Positions 1 to 9,189 of a stretch of DNA of 64,000 nt are shown here, one piece after another; position 1 is the first letter of the stretch, and every line of letters starts with the position of its first letter. The stretch comes from an uncultured Chloroflexia bacterium. Lineage in GTDB: Bacteria > Chloroflexota > Anaerolineae > CG2-30-64-16. The stretch covers positions 736,001-800,000 of the forward strand of contig CAVZDU010000002.1 of NCBI GenBank assembly GCA_963774265.1, read 5' to 3'. Below the pieces are notes generated by a model. The model ran no database searches and was not told where the DNA came from. It was given only the letters and a program-made list of their open reading frames with translations. The position numbers and the translations under genes were made by a program.

Positions 1-1722
1 ATCCCGCGCCCGGATCGCCTCGATGCTCTCCCGGGTCAGCGCGATGTCGCGTCCCAGCAGCGCCCGGCTGCGGCCCTCCCGGGTCCAGCCGTGCCAGAAA
101 TAGGAGAGCAGCACGCCGAGAAGGATGGCCAGGAAGGCGTAGGCCCACCCGTGCTTCACCTGAATCTCGATATCCTGCGTCACACTTTGGCTGTCCGGGC
201 CGGCGACGGTCACCTTGCCCTGGTATGTCCCGGCCTCCCCGATGCCGGTCAGGCGGTACACAAGTTGCAGGTCTCCGTTCACCACCAGGGTCGTCATCGG
301 GGAGGCAGGGGTTGGCAGGGGCTCCAGGTCGCCGGCGTCATTCCGCTGCAGGATCTCCACCCGGTCTGCGACCGCGCTCACCTTCCGGTTGTCGGGGGTG
401 TTGAGGACCAGGGATCCGGGGTCGGGATAGTAGATCGCCACCTGCTGCCCCTGGGCCTCGCGGATGTGGATGGGCACGCTGGCCGATGACGGCAGGACCC
501 CCCAGTTGACCACGGCGGCCGTCCCGGGCTCGTCCACCTGGATGTTGCCGGCCGGGGCCTCCCGCGTGATGGTCAGCGGCACGTCAAGGCTCAGGCCCTC
601 GTAGCCCAGCCGGAGGAAGGCCTTATAGGGGGACGGCTTGAAGCCTTCGCCCACGAGCGTGATGGTCCGGGACACGCCCGGCGCCAGGTCGAACCGTTCC
701 GCACCGCACGGCGAGCACGCCAGCGTTTCCCCACGGAGCACCTGGCCGTCCTGGCGCGACAGGCCGGTCACCTCCACCGCGAGGCCGGTGATAGCCGGCT
801 TGCCCGCGGGGACGCGCAAGGTGATTGCGGGCCGGAACGCAGGGCCGCGCACGTTGAGCGCCACATCGCCCGCGGGGCCGGCCTCCAACACCGCAAGGCG
901 CCCGCTCACCGAACGCGTGATCGCGACCGAATAGGGCTGGACCTGGCCGTCAACGTTCAGCGTCAACCAGCCACGGTACGCGGTCACGTCGGGCAAGCGG
1001 CCTGTCAAGGTGATGGTGCGGTAGCCTCCCGCGAGCAGGGGGAACGGCCCGGCCGGCGCGACCGACAGGTCGCCCGCACCGCCGGGCGCGCCGTCCGTGC
1101 GCAGGAGCTGGCCCACTTCGACGGAAAGGTCCTGGATCCCGGCCTCCCCGGTCGTTTCCCGCAGCGTCAGGGGATATGAAAACGCCTCGGCTGAGCTCTC
1201 GAAGGAGAGCGTGCGATCGGCTTTCTCCTCGCGGATCTCAACCTTGCCGGGATGAACGAGCCCAAACTGCGCCAGCACCTCCTCGACGGGGGGAGCTGTG
1301 CCCGCCTCGCCCGCCGCGCCGGGGCTCCGGAGGACGATCATCCCCGTGAACACGCCGTGCGCGGACAGGCCGCCGACCGCCAGGCGGATGGGGCGCACCT
1401 CGCCCGCGGCCAGGTTGAAGGCGCCCAACGCGGCGTCGTCCGCGGTCCTGAAGGCCACCGTGGCCGTCGACACCGGCTGGTTCGCGGCATCGTGCAGGAA
1501 CGCGAGCAACTCCAGGTTCGTGAGCCCGGTGTTCTCCGGGTTGCGAAGATAGAGGGTATAGGCGGCCTCGACCGCATCGGACGGCATGGTGAATTGGATC
1601 GGTTGGGGCTCTGCCGTTAGCCGGTCCAGGGTGATGACAACTCCGGAGGCGAAGGCCGTGATGGGCCATGCCGCCAGCACGGCAAAAAGCAACGCAGCAA
1701 TGAGTCTATGACCACGTCTCAT
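1..1722 (-). CDS. Secreted/membrane-anchored hypothetical protein with beta-rich (Ig-like) repeats; 3' end runs off the window
   Basis: Not in the ORF track because there is no stop inside the window. Read manually from ATG 1722 with GGAGG RBS: MRRGHRLIAALLFAVLAAWPITAFA (signal peptide), beta-rich segments, then hydrophobic HGWAYAFLAILLGVLLSYFW; open to position 1. Confidence 0.8.
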   Translation of the reverse strand, partial: MRRGHRLIAALLFAVLAAWPITAFASGVVITLDRLTAEPQPIQFTMPSDAVEAAYTLYLRNPENTGLTNLELLAFLHDAANQPVSTATVAFRTADDAALGAFNLAAGEVRPIRLAVGGLSAHGVFTGMIVLRSPGAAGEAGTAPPVEEVLAQFGLVHPGKVEIREEKADRTLSFESSAEAFSYPLTLRETTGEAGIQDLSVEVGQLLRTDGAPGGAGDLSVAPAGPFPLLAGGYRTITLTGRLPDVTAYRGWLTLNVDGQVQPYSVAITRSVSGRLAVLEAGPAGDVALNVRGPAFRPAITLRVPAGKPAITGLAVEVTGLSRQDGQVLRGETLACSPCGAERFDLAPGVSRTITLVGEGFKPSPYKAFLRLGYEGLSLDVPLTITREAPAGNIQVDEPGTAAVVNWGVLPSSASVPIHIREAQGQQVAIYYPDPGSLVLNTPDNRKVSAVADRVEILQRNDAGDLEPLPTPASPMTTLVVNGDLQLVYRLTGIGEAGTYQGKVTVAGPDSQSVTQDIEIQVKHGWAYAFLAILLGVLLSYFWHGWTREGRSRALLGRDIALTRESIEAIRARD

Positions 1723-1838
1723 GGCGCACCTCCGCTTTGCCTTTGTTCCAAAGCCTGCTGCAGACGAGGGGGACTGCCGTGATTGTAGCATCTTCCGGCC
1801 AAATGCAAAGTCCGCGCGCCGCCACGCGAGGCACGGCC

Positions 1839-2048
1839 TCACTCCCGGTCGGTCTCCGCGGGCTTGCCCGGCGCGCCGACCAGCCGCCGGAAGTCCTCCA
1901 CCCCCACCAGCACCGCCATGGCGTCCCCGTTGCGCATGATCAGGTAGCGCCGGCCGAAGTAGTGCGCGGTCTCGAGGATGCGCCGCAGGTCGACGCGCAG
2001 CTCGCTGATGTTCACCGGTTCCGGGGGGTTCATTTCGTCGATCGTCAT
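1839..2048 (-). CDS. Phd/YefM-family antitoxin-like DNA-binding protein (no adjacent toxin)
   Basis: 69 aa; VNISELRVDLRRIL...YLIMRNGDAMAVLVGVEDF fits the Phd/YefM pattern; start overlaps the upstream stop (ATGA). Confidence 0.7.
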   Translation of the reverse strand: MTIDEMNPPEPVNISELRVDLRRILETAHYFGRRYLIMRNGDAMAVLVGVEDFRRLVGAPGKPAETDRE

Positions 2049-3415
2049 GCCTGCCCTCCACCCGCCTCAAAACGCACGTCCAGGTCGCCCTGCCCCGTGA
2101 GCGCGACCAGGGTGGCCAGGACCTTCGGCTTCAGGCGCGCGGTCAACCACTCGGCCGCGCCGCGGTCCCGCACCTGCACCATCAGCGTCCGCCCCGCGCC
2201 GTTCACCCCGCTGCAGCAGCTCCCGGCCAGCCAGTTGTCGAAGGTGCTCCCCGGCAGTTGCAGGCGCAGGTGGGTCAGCGCCACGTCCCACAGCTCCCGG
2301 TGGCAGCAGGCCCGGCCCCCGCTCACGATCCACGGTCGCGCCTCCGGTTCGCGCGGCTCGCCGTCGCATGGCTCACCAGCGTGCGGCTCGCCGTCGCGCG
2401 GCTCGCCGTCGCGCAGCTCGCCGCCTGCCCGCGCGACCGGCCGAGCCCGAGGGGGAGGAGCGTCGTGGGCTTCGAGTGTCGCGGCGTCATCCGGTTCGCC
2501 CTGCTCACCATAATGGGGCTCATCGTCGCGCGGCTCGCCATCGCATGACTCGCGGCCGGTCGGCTCGCCGCCGGCCCCTCCCGCGCCCGCGGCCAGCACT
2601 TGCTCGGCCTCTCGCACGGCCCACGCGGGCGGGACCACCCCGTCCCGAAGCCGCGCCACCCAGCGGCCCCGCGCACGCTCCCCGCTGATGCGGCCGAGGC
2701 GCACGTCCGGGTCCGCCTCGATGGTCCGCAGAAGCGCCAGGCTGTGGGCCTGCGCCTCGGCCAGGGCCATCCGGCTCAACAGGTCCTGGGCCAGGCCCGC
2801 GGCCACGGGCGGGAACGCGCCATGGCCGGCCAGGAACGCGGCCAGGACCGCGGCGTCGCCCTCACCCTGCGGCGGACCTGCCGCGGCCTCACCCGGCGCG
2901 CACCGTTTGACCGGCAACACGTTTGGGGGGAACTGGTCTCCCGGGGGAGGAGGAGGATGATAATCAAGCTCAATCGCGTTAACCTCCTCCTCCTTTAAGG
3001 GCGCATTTCGGGTGAAATCGATCTCACCGGAAACTGGTTTCCCCTCCATGGCCGGCTGAGGCGCCAGCCAGCGCGCGGCGCCCCTTTCGCCGCCCTCGGT
3101 CATCAGCAGCCCGGCCTCGCTCAGCTCGACCCGCAGGTTGCGGATCTGCCGCACGCCCAGCCCGCCCATCCACACGGCCAGCTCCCGGTCGGTGAGGTCG
3201 CAGCGGCCGTCCTGCCACGCGTACGCGCGAATGACCGACCACAGGTGGCCGGCCGCGGGCGACACGCGGCCCTCCCGCACCGCGATCAGCGGCGCCAGGT
3301 GGCCCGCGTAGTAGCCCTTGGGCGGCAGGGTCGCGGTGGCGACCCGGGGTCTGCGGCCGCGCGGCACGGGGTGCTCCTCTCCTTTGGCCCTGGCGCTCCT
3401 GGCCTTCAAGCTCAC
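2045..3415 (-). CDS. Phage/ICE-type replication initiator-like protein: N-terminal winged HTH, C-terminal DnaA N-terminal-like domain
   Basis: HTH segment HLWSVIRAYAWQDGRCDLTDRELAVWMGGLGVRQIRNLRVELSEAGLL. C-terminus LWDVALTHLRLQLPGSTFDNWL...EWLTARL resembles DnaA domain I. Confidence 0.7.
   Translation of the reverse strand: MSLKARSARAKGEEHPVPRGRRPRVATATLPPKGYYAGHLAPLIAVREGRVSPAAGHLWSVIRAYAWQDGRCDLTDRELAVWMGGLGVRQIRNLRVELSEAGLLMTEGGERGAARWLAPQPAMEGKPVSGEIDFTRNAPLKEEEVNAIELDYHPPPPPGDQFPPNVLPVKRCAPGEAAAGPPQGEGDAAVLAAFLAGHGAFPPVAAGLAQDLLSRMALAEAQAHSLALLRTIEADPDVRLGRISGERARGRWVARLRDGVVPPAWAVREAEQVLAAGAGGAGGEPTGRESCDGEPRDDEPHYGEQGEPDDAATLEAHDAPPPRARPVARAGGELRDGEPRDGEPHAGEPCDGEPREPEARPWIVSGGRACCHRELWDVALTHLRLQLPGSTFDNWLAGSCCSGVNGAGRTLMVQVRDRGAAEWLTARLKPKVLATLVALTGQGDLDVRFEAGGGQA
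2351..2572. repeat. 15-bp coding tandem repeats (DGEPR-like pentapeptide); blocks at 2351-2425 (5 units) and 2513-2572 (4 units)
   Basis: gcgcggctcgccgtc and variants repeated in tandem. Confidence 0.85.
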
Positions 3416-3591
3416 ATCAATCGGCGCTCGGCCGAACGGCTATGCGTGAGCCAGGCTTTGTGCGGCCCGCCTGCGGCCGGTAGCGTCACGCCCACCCAAA
3501 ACAGCGGCCGGCCCGTGAGGGTCAGCACTCGCTGGGGCATGTGCGCCACACGGCCGCGCGTCGGACCGCGCATCTGCGCCTTTGCGGTCGA

Positions 3592-3843
3592 TCATCCCTT
3601 GCACGCAACGGAACTTCGCAGTCGATCCTTCCAGGCCGCGTAGCCGCGCGGGGGTTTGCCCACGGTGAACAGCGAGCGCCGCTCCTTGACCTCCGCCAGC
3701 TTGGGGCCGATCGCGATGATGTCCTCCGCGGTGCGCCGCATCAGCGCCCTGATCTCGCCGGTGCGCTGCCGAACCTCGGTGCTGGTTGCCCCATCCAGTG
3801 CGTCGTAGTCAAACAAGGCGATCCCTCCCTTCATCGTTCCCAT
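3592..3843 (-). pseudogene. Truncated DUF3102-like phage protein
   Basis: FDYDALD...EIRALMRRTAEDIIAIGPKLAEVKE resembles the DUF3102 N-terminus; similarity stops afterwards. Confidence 0.55.
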
Positions 3844-4007
3844 GCGCTGTGACGCGGCGCCGACTTCATGGTATGATGGCCCTTACCTGGTTCGGTCGTC
3901 CGGCCAGGCAGACGGCGCGCGGGTCGTCGTACTAAAGCCCGTACGATGCGTACGATTTGTCAGACGAACGACCTCCAAAAAAAGCCGTCGCTACGGCACG
4001 CCAGTAC

Positions 4008-4051
4008 GAACAACTGTTCAGTAGTATACATGACCTATTGCCCGGTGTCAA
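4008..4051 (-). promoter_or_regulatory. Sigma70 promoter with LexA (Cheo-type) box near the start site
   Basis: Minus strand TTGACA (4051-4046), 17 bp, TATACT (4028-4023); GAAC-AACT-GTTC at 4008-4019. Confidence 0.75.
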
Positions 4052-4142
4052 ATCTGACCAGACGTTCTAAACGTAAAAACAACATCCGAGATGCAGAGTT
4101 GACCATCCTAAAGGGATGTTCCCGGCGGAGGAGGTGACGCCC

Positions 4143-4508
4143 ATGTCTCAGTCGAAGTCCCTGCTGGCCGAATGGTTGATCCAGGCCTGCGAGGCGCGTA
4201 ACCTTTCCTGGGCCGAGGCCTCCCGGCGCGCGGGCTTGAGCCAGGGCGCCATCTCGGCCATCGTGCGCGGGGTGCAGCCGGGCCTGGAGATCTGCAAGGC
4301 GCTCGCCGCGTTCTTTGGCGTGCCGCCGGAGGAGGTGCTGCGCATGGCCGGCCACCTGGCGCCCGCGCGCGGCGAGGCATGGCCCCCCGAGTTGGTGGCC
4401 CTGGTGCAGGAAGTGGAACGACTACCCCCGCCGCTGCAACGCGCGGCGATCAAGGCCTGGCGCGCCGTGCTGGAGGGGATTGCCACAGGACGGAGTGCCG
4501 GCTCATAA
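4143..4508 (+). CDS. XRE-family HTH transcriptional regulator (phage-repressor-like)
   Basis: LSWAEASRRAGLSQGAISAIVRGVQPGLEICKALAAFFGV; GGAGGAGG RBS before ATG 4143; divergent from the Rep genes. Confidence 0.85.
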   Translation: MSQSKSLLAEWLIQACEARNLSWAEASRRAGLSQGAISAIVRGVQPGLEICKALAAFFGVPPEEVLRMAGHLAPARGEAWPPELVALVQEVERLPPPLQRAAIKAWRAVLEGIATGRSAGS

Positions 4509-4528
4509 GGAAAGGATTCAGGATACCA

Positions 4529-5878
4529 ATGGCTACAACACGCTGCATCGCACCCAATGCCTTGGGGATCGTGGGCTTATGCGCCCTGCTTCTGAGCCTC
4601 GCGGGTTGCAGGCCAGGCCAGGCGCCCGGGCCTGCCCTAACGCCGGTTTCACCAGGGGCCGCACCCGCGCCGCAACCGACACTCTCCCTGGATCAAACAT
4701 CCGCGAATGACTTCGTGATCTCGGATTTCGAAGCGGTGCATGCTCCGGTCGACGGCGATGCGAACAAGTATCTCATCTACGGCAATATCCCGGTTGCAAA
4801 GCCGGCGGCGGATCTTCCCCCCGAGTTGGCAGTCTTACTCGGCAGATGGGAGGGGTATGGCGACTCCCCCTCGGTCAAGAAAGATCAGAAAATCGTGATG
4901 GTCATTCAGGAGATCACGGCGCAGGGGGGCAAGGCGGTCGGCTGGTCGGCGCCAATCTCCAGTATCCCGCCTAGGTCCGGGAACTCCACTTCAGGGTCGT
5001 TTCGACTGAGCCCCCTGCCATTGAGTGGCAGTACAATTCACCTGATTTTGGCCCGCAAGTCACCACATTCACTTATGACCGCGAAAATGATCTTCTCCGG
5101 GGTTGGGTCAAAGCTCACGGCGACACAACTACACCGCCGGCCCCCAGGAGCTCCGTCGAGGCGCAATCTTTCTACGTCTACAAGGACTATGCCCGTTATT
5201 TGGCCGGCAAACGCATCTACGCCAAGACCTATCGAACAGCGAGCTGCAACACTACGGTGCGGGGTATCTGCTCTACCTCCCCGAAGGTTATGAAGATCAG
5301 CCAGAGAAAACCTGGCCGCTGATCTTGTTTCCTGCACGGTTACGGCGACCGGGGAGACAATGTGTTCCTGCTGGCAAAAGCCAGTCCCTTCATGTCTATC
5401 CGCGAAAAAGGACCCTTGCCGTTCGTCATCGCCGCGCCCCTGTTGAGCGCCTCGTCCGATTATTCGTCCTTTCCCGAAGCCTACCTGGATGGCGTGCTGG
5501 CAGAAATCCAGGCCGATTACCGGGTGGATGCGAAACGGATCTACGTGACCGGGCTGAGCATGGGCGGCGAGGCCACCTATCGCTTTGCCGTGCACCACCC
5601 GGAAACGTTCGCCGCGATCGCGCCCCTGTCTGCATATCGTCGATCCTGAGGCCTTATCCATGATCGAGCGCATCAAGGATCTGCCGGTGTGGGCGATCCA
5701 TGGCGCCGACGATACCGTCATCCCCGTAGCCAAGGGCCAAGAACCGGTGGATGCCTTGAAAGAAGCAGGCGGAAACGTCCGCTTTACCGTTCTGGCGGGC
5801 CACGATCACGACATCTGGACGGATACGTACTCGGACCCGGCGTTCTATGATTGGCTCCTACAGCACCAGAGACCGTAA
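4529..5878 (+). CDS. Lipoprotein alpha/beta hydrolase (predicted peptidase/esterase), several frameshifts
   Basis: Lipobox LSLAGC; YLLYLPEGY...WPLILF; GLSMGG nucleophile motif; WAIHGADD. Pieces lie in several frames. Confidence 0.75.
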
Positions 5879-5932
5879 AGGATAGGCCCGCTACATCACA
5901 GCGGTGCTACCTGGCGGGCATCCATCGAATCA

Positions 5933-6280
5933 TCATTCAGGCGAATACTCATTGGCCAGGATCTCCGCTATCTGTGCGTGCAAGACAAGCACATCTTCAG
6001 TTGCGGTTACCCAGACGATGGGCCAGCTCACCGAAAAATAGGCGTGAACAGCCAGATTGCGAAACCCTACGATGTCGGCCCATGCAATCTGCGGATGCGC
6101 GTCTTGAAAATCGCGAGGCAGTCTTGACGCGGCTTCGCCGATGATGATCAACTGGTGCATCACGGCACTCTGACGGACCTCGTCGTCGATCCACTCGTCT
6201 TCGCTCACGCCTGCAAGAAAACGGTCGATCGCATTCGCTGCCTCGACGATGTCCCTGAGGTAAAGCTCTTCATCTCGCAT
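5933..6280 (-). CDS. hepT: HEPN/DUF86 ribonuclease toxin
   Basis: IIGEAASRL...IAWADIVGFRNLAVHAYF (RX4HXY motif). Confidence 0.9.
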   Translation of the reverse strand: MRDEELYLRDIVEAANAIDRFLAGVSEDEWIDDEVRQSAVMHQLIIIGEAASRLPRDFQDAHPQIAWADIVGFRNLAVHAYFSVSWPIVWVTATEDVLVLHAQIAEILANEYSPE

Positions 6281-6572
6281 AGATGACCTCGGTGCTGTTC
6301 AGCACCTCTTGGCGGATTAGAGGCTTGAGTCCATCCTTGGGCACCAGGTCTACCGGGCGTTCCAGTAGCGCAGTCAGCTCGCGCTGCATCCGGCCCAGCG
6401 CCATGAATCCGATCCTCGCCTCAGGCTCGAACTCCACCAATAGATCGATATCGCTTTCCGGCCGGAAGTCGGCGCGCAAAACGGAGCCAAACAACGCCAG
6501 TGACTTCACTTGATTGCGACGACAGAAGTCGGTGATCTTCGCTTGCGGGATCGAGATTCGTGCTCGGCTCAT
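6270..6572 (-). CDS. mntA: Minimal nucleotidyltransferase antitoxin
   Basis: LALFGSVLRADFRPESDIDLLVEF (GS-X10-DXD); overlaps the HEPN gene. Confidence 0.9.
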   Translation of the reverse strand: MSRARISIPQAKITDFCRRNQVKSLALFGSVLRADFRPESDIDLLVEFEPEARIGFMALGRMQRELTALLERPVDLVPKDGLKPLIRQEVLNSTEVIYAR

Positions 6573-6657
6573 GCTGTTAACTCATCTCTTTCGGAAAGCA
6601 TTATATCACGATCTGAGCGGCGGCAGATTCAATTCGCCCAGGACGCGCGTCACCTCG

Positions 6658-6717
6658 TCCAGGTCAGCAGGACGCTCCAATAGCGCGGTCATCTCGCGCC
6701 GCATGCGGCCCAGCGCC
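6658..6717 (-). pseudogene. Short diverged duplicate of part of the MNT gene
   Basis: Encodes ALGRMRREMTALLERPADL versus MNT ALGRMQRELTALLERPVDL. Confidence 0.7.
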
Positions 6718-6718
6718 C

Positions 6719-7276
6719 TCAGATTAGCCCCAGGAGGTTCTGCGCGGCGTCCGCGACTTGCGCAGCGGGGTTGTCCGCGCCGAACAGGCGCACGGCCATG
6801 AACGCACCATCCATCAGCAGGAGGAGTTGGTCGGCGAGCTTTGCCGGCTCGGCGCAGCCTGCCGCCTCTGCCAACTCGCGGAAGCGACCTCGCACCGCGT
6901 TCTTGTGCGCCAGCGCGGCCTGATGGCCGGGGTGCGCCGGGTCGGGGAAGTCCACTGCGGCGTTCAGGAACGGGCAGCCGTGGCAGGCAGGTTGCGCGAC
7001 CAATCCTTCCAGCGCCCGAAAGAATGCTGTGATCTTATCACGCGGCGCGGCTGCCTCGGCGGTGGCGCCCTCGAACCAGCGCCAGAACGCTCGATCACTC
7101 TCCGCCAGGTAGGCCGCGATCAGGTCGTCCTTGCCGGGAAAATGGCGGTAGAGGGTCATCTTGCCCACACCAGACGCTGTGCATAGGGTGTCCACCCCGA
7201 CGGCGCGGAAACCGTCGCGGTAGAAGAGCTCGGCTGCGGTGTCCAGCAGCCGTTGACGCGGTGCGCTTTCAGCCAT
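6719..7276 (-). CDS. TetR/AcrR-family transcriptional regulator
   Basis: LLDTAAELFYRDGFRAVGVDTL...GVGKMTLYRHFPGKDDL; GCPFLN motif. Confidence 0.95.
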   Translation of the reverse strand: MAESAPRQRLLDTAAELFYRDGFRAVGVDTLCTASGVGKMTLYRHFPGKDDLIAAYLAESDRAFWRWFEGATAEAAAPRDKITAFFRALEGLVAQPACHGCPFLNAAVDFPDPAHPGHQAALAHKNAVRGRFRELAEAAGCAEPAKLADQLLLLMDGAFMAVRLFGADNPAAQVADAAQNLLGLI

Positions 7277-7287
7277 CAGTCTCTCGC

Positions 7288-7341
7288 TTGACAGGATACA
7301 GACCTATTTTGTATAATACTTGTACGATACAAGTCTGTATC
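7288..7341 (+). promoter_or_regulatory. Sigma70 promoter with palindromic operator (probable TetR site)
   Basis: TTGACA 7288-7293, 18 bp, TATAAT 7312-7317; GATACA-AGTC-TGTATC at 7326-7341. Confidence 0.7.
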
Positions 7342-7386
7342 AATTCTACTGCAACTCGCAGGGTTTTACCAGAAAGAGAGAGGCAC

Positions 7387-8025
7387 ATGAAAATCGGGAT
7401 CATCGGTTCGGGCACGGTGGGGCAGACGTTGGCGACGAAGTTGGCGGAGCAGGGGCAGGACGTGATGGTAGGCACGCGCAGTCCGGAGAAGGCGGCTGCG
7501 TGGGCGGTGGGCGCGGGGGTCAAGGTCGGCTCCTTAAGCGAGACGGCCGCGCACGGCGAGCTCGTGATCAACGCAACCAAGGGCGAGGCGTCGGTGGAGG
7601 CGCTTCAGGCCGCGGGCGAGGCCAACCTGGCCGGCAAGATCCTGGTGGACATCGCCAACCCGCTGGACTTCTCGCGCGGGATGCCGCCGACCCTGTGGGT
7701 CTCCAACACCGACTCGCTCGGCGAGCAGATTCAACGGGCCTTCCCGCGGGCGCAGGTCGTCAAGACCCTCAACACCCTCAACGCGGGGCTGATGGCCAAC
7801 CCCGGCGGACTGGCCGGCGGCGACCACACGATCTTCGTCAGCGGGAACGACGCCGCGGCGAAGGCTGAGGCCAGCCGACTGTTGGCCAAGTGGTTTGGCT
7901 GGCGCGACATCATCGACTTGGGCGACATCACCACGGCGCGCGGCACCGAGTCGCTGCTGCCGGTCTGGGTCCGCCTGATGATGGTGTTTGGCCACGCCAA
8001 CTTCCAGTTCAAGATCGTGAGGTAA
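7387..8025 (+). CDS. NADP oxidoreductase, F420-dependent family
   Basis: MKIGIIGSGTVG; GKILVDIANPL; VVKTLNT; DLGDI. Confidence 0.9.
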   Translation: MKIGIIGSGTVGQTLATKLAEQGQDVMVGTRSPEKAAAWAVGAGVKVGSLSETAAHGELVINATKGEASVEALQAAGEANLAGKILVDIANPLDFSRGMPPTLWVSNTDSLGEQIQRAFPRAQVVKTLNTLNAGLMANPGGLAGGDHTIFVSGNDAAAKAEASRLLAKWFGWRDIIDLGDITTARGTESLLPVWVRLMMVFGHANFQFKIVR

Positions 8026-8027
8026 GC

Positions 8028-8855
8028 ATGGCAGAGACGATCGCGCTGGTCACGGGCGCCACCGGTGCGCTGGGCAAAGCCACGGCCAGCGCGCTGGCGA
8101 AAGCCGGAGCGGTCGTCTTGATGGTGGCGCGCGACCCGGTCCGTGGGGAGGCGGCGCGCCGCGAGGTCGAGGTGGCAACCGGCCGGCGTGCGGCCGCCCA
8201 TCTGCTGCTGGCGGACCTGTCCGATCTTGCATCGGTCCGGGATTTGGCGTCGCAGGTCACAGGGCAATTTGGCCGGCTGGATGGCTTGATTCACACGGCT
8301 GCGGTCTACCGCTCGAACCGCGTGCTGACTCCTGCTGGTTTCGAGTTGATGTTCGCGACCAATCACCTCGGCCCATTCCTCCTGACCCATCTGCTGCTGG
8401 AGCGCCTGAGGGCCAGCGCGCCGGCGCGCGTGTTGGTCGTGAGCGCGCCCTCCACCACCCGCCTGGATTTCGATGACCTGCAAGGTGAGCGGCGCTTCCG
8501 ATCGCTGTGGGCCTTCGGCGCGACCAAGATGGCGAACCTCCTCACCACCTTCGAGCTCGCACGGCGGCTGACGGGCAGCGGCGTGACGGCAAACACGTTC
8601 CATCCGGGCATCGTCAAGTCCAGCCTTATGGCAGAGGCGCCCGCGGTCATGCGCTGGATGACCCGCATGATCGGCGTTGCGCCTGCGAAGCCTGCCGCGG
8701 ACCTGGTCTATCTCGCCACGGCTGCTGAGTTGGAGGGGGTCAGCGGGCAGTTCTTCCGAGGGCGGAAGGTCATCCGGCCGGACGGGTATGCGCTCGACGA
8801 GCGTGTTCAGCACCAGCTCTGGGACGTCAGCCTGAAGCTGCTGGGGGTCGGATGA
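8028..8855 (+). CDS. Short-chain dehydrogenase/reductase (retinol-dehydrogenase-like)
   Basis: ALVTGATGALG; FATNHLGPFLLT; FHPGIV. The YxxxK motif appears as FGATK. Confidence 0.9.
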   Translation: MAETIALVTGATGALGKATASALAKAGAVVLMVARDPVRGEAARREVEVATGRRAAAHLLLADLSDLASVRDLASQVTGQFGRLDGLIHTAAVYRSNRVLTPAGFELMFATNHLGPFLLTHLLLERLRASAPARVLVVSAPSTTRLDFDDLQGERRFRSLWAFGATKMANLLTTFELARRLTGSGVTANTFHPGIVKSSLMAEAPAVMRWMTRMIGVAPAKPAADLVYLATAAELEGVSGQFFRGRKVIRPDGYALDERVQHQLWDVSLKLLGVG

Positions 8856-9189
8856 TGCAACGTGTCGCTCTAGTCACAGGCGTAGCTGGCTAAGCGCAAG
8901 GGCTCCCAGAAGACCCGGGTCGACGTGCGCGGCCGCAGCTTCGAGTTGCTTTGCCGTGTGCTCGGCCCCTATCTGCGCGAACAAGCGCCGGCAAACGCGC
9001 ACCCAAACGGGCCCGGTGATTGCGTCGCGTTGCGGATATAACGAAGCCTCAGATCCCCCGGAGCGCCAGAGTGAATTGGGTCGGCGTGAGTGTTCGCCGG
9101 ACGCAAAGCGCGAAATTGGGTGTACAATCACTTCAGTTGACGTGTTCGCTCTTTGTGGAGACCCGCTTCATCACAAAGGAGACGCTCAC

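Noticed and set aside
2351-2572. Tandem repeats as a CRISPR array
   Set aside because: 15-bp in-frame coding repeats with no spacers and no cas genes.
2045-3415. Chromosomal dnaA
   Set aside because: No AAA+ or domain IV; the DnaA_N-like part is C-terminal.
8855-8893. Mini-ORF MQRVALVTGVAG resembling an SDR start
   Set aside because: Only 12 codons; at most a trivial truncation scar.
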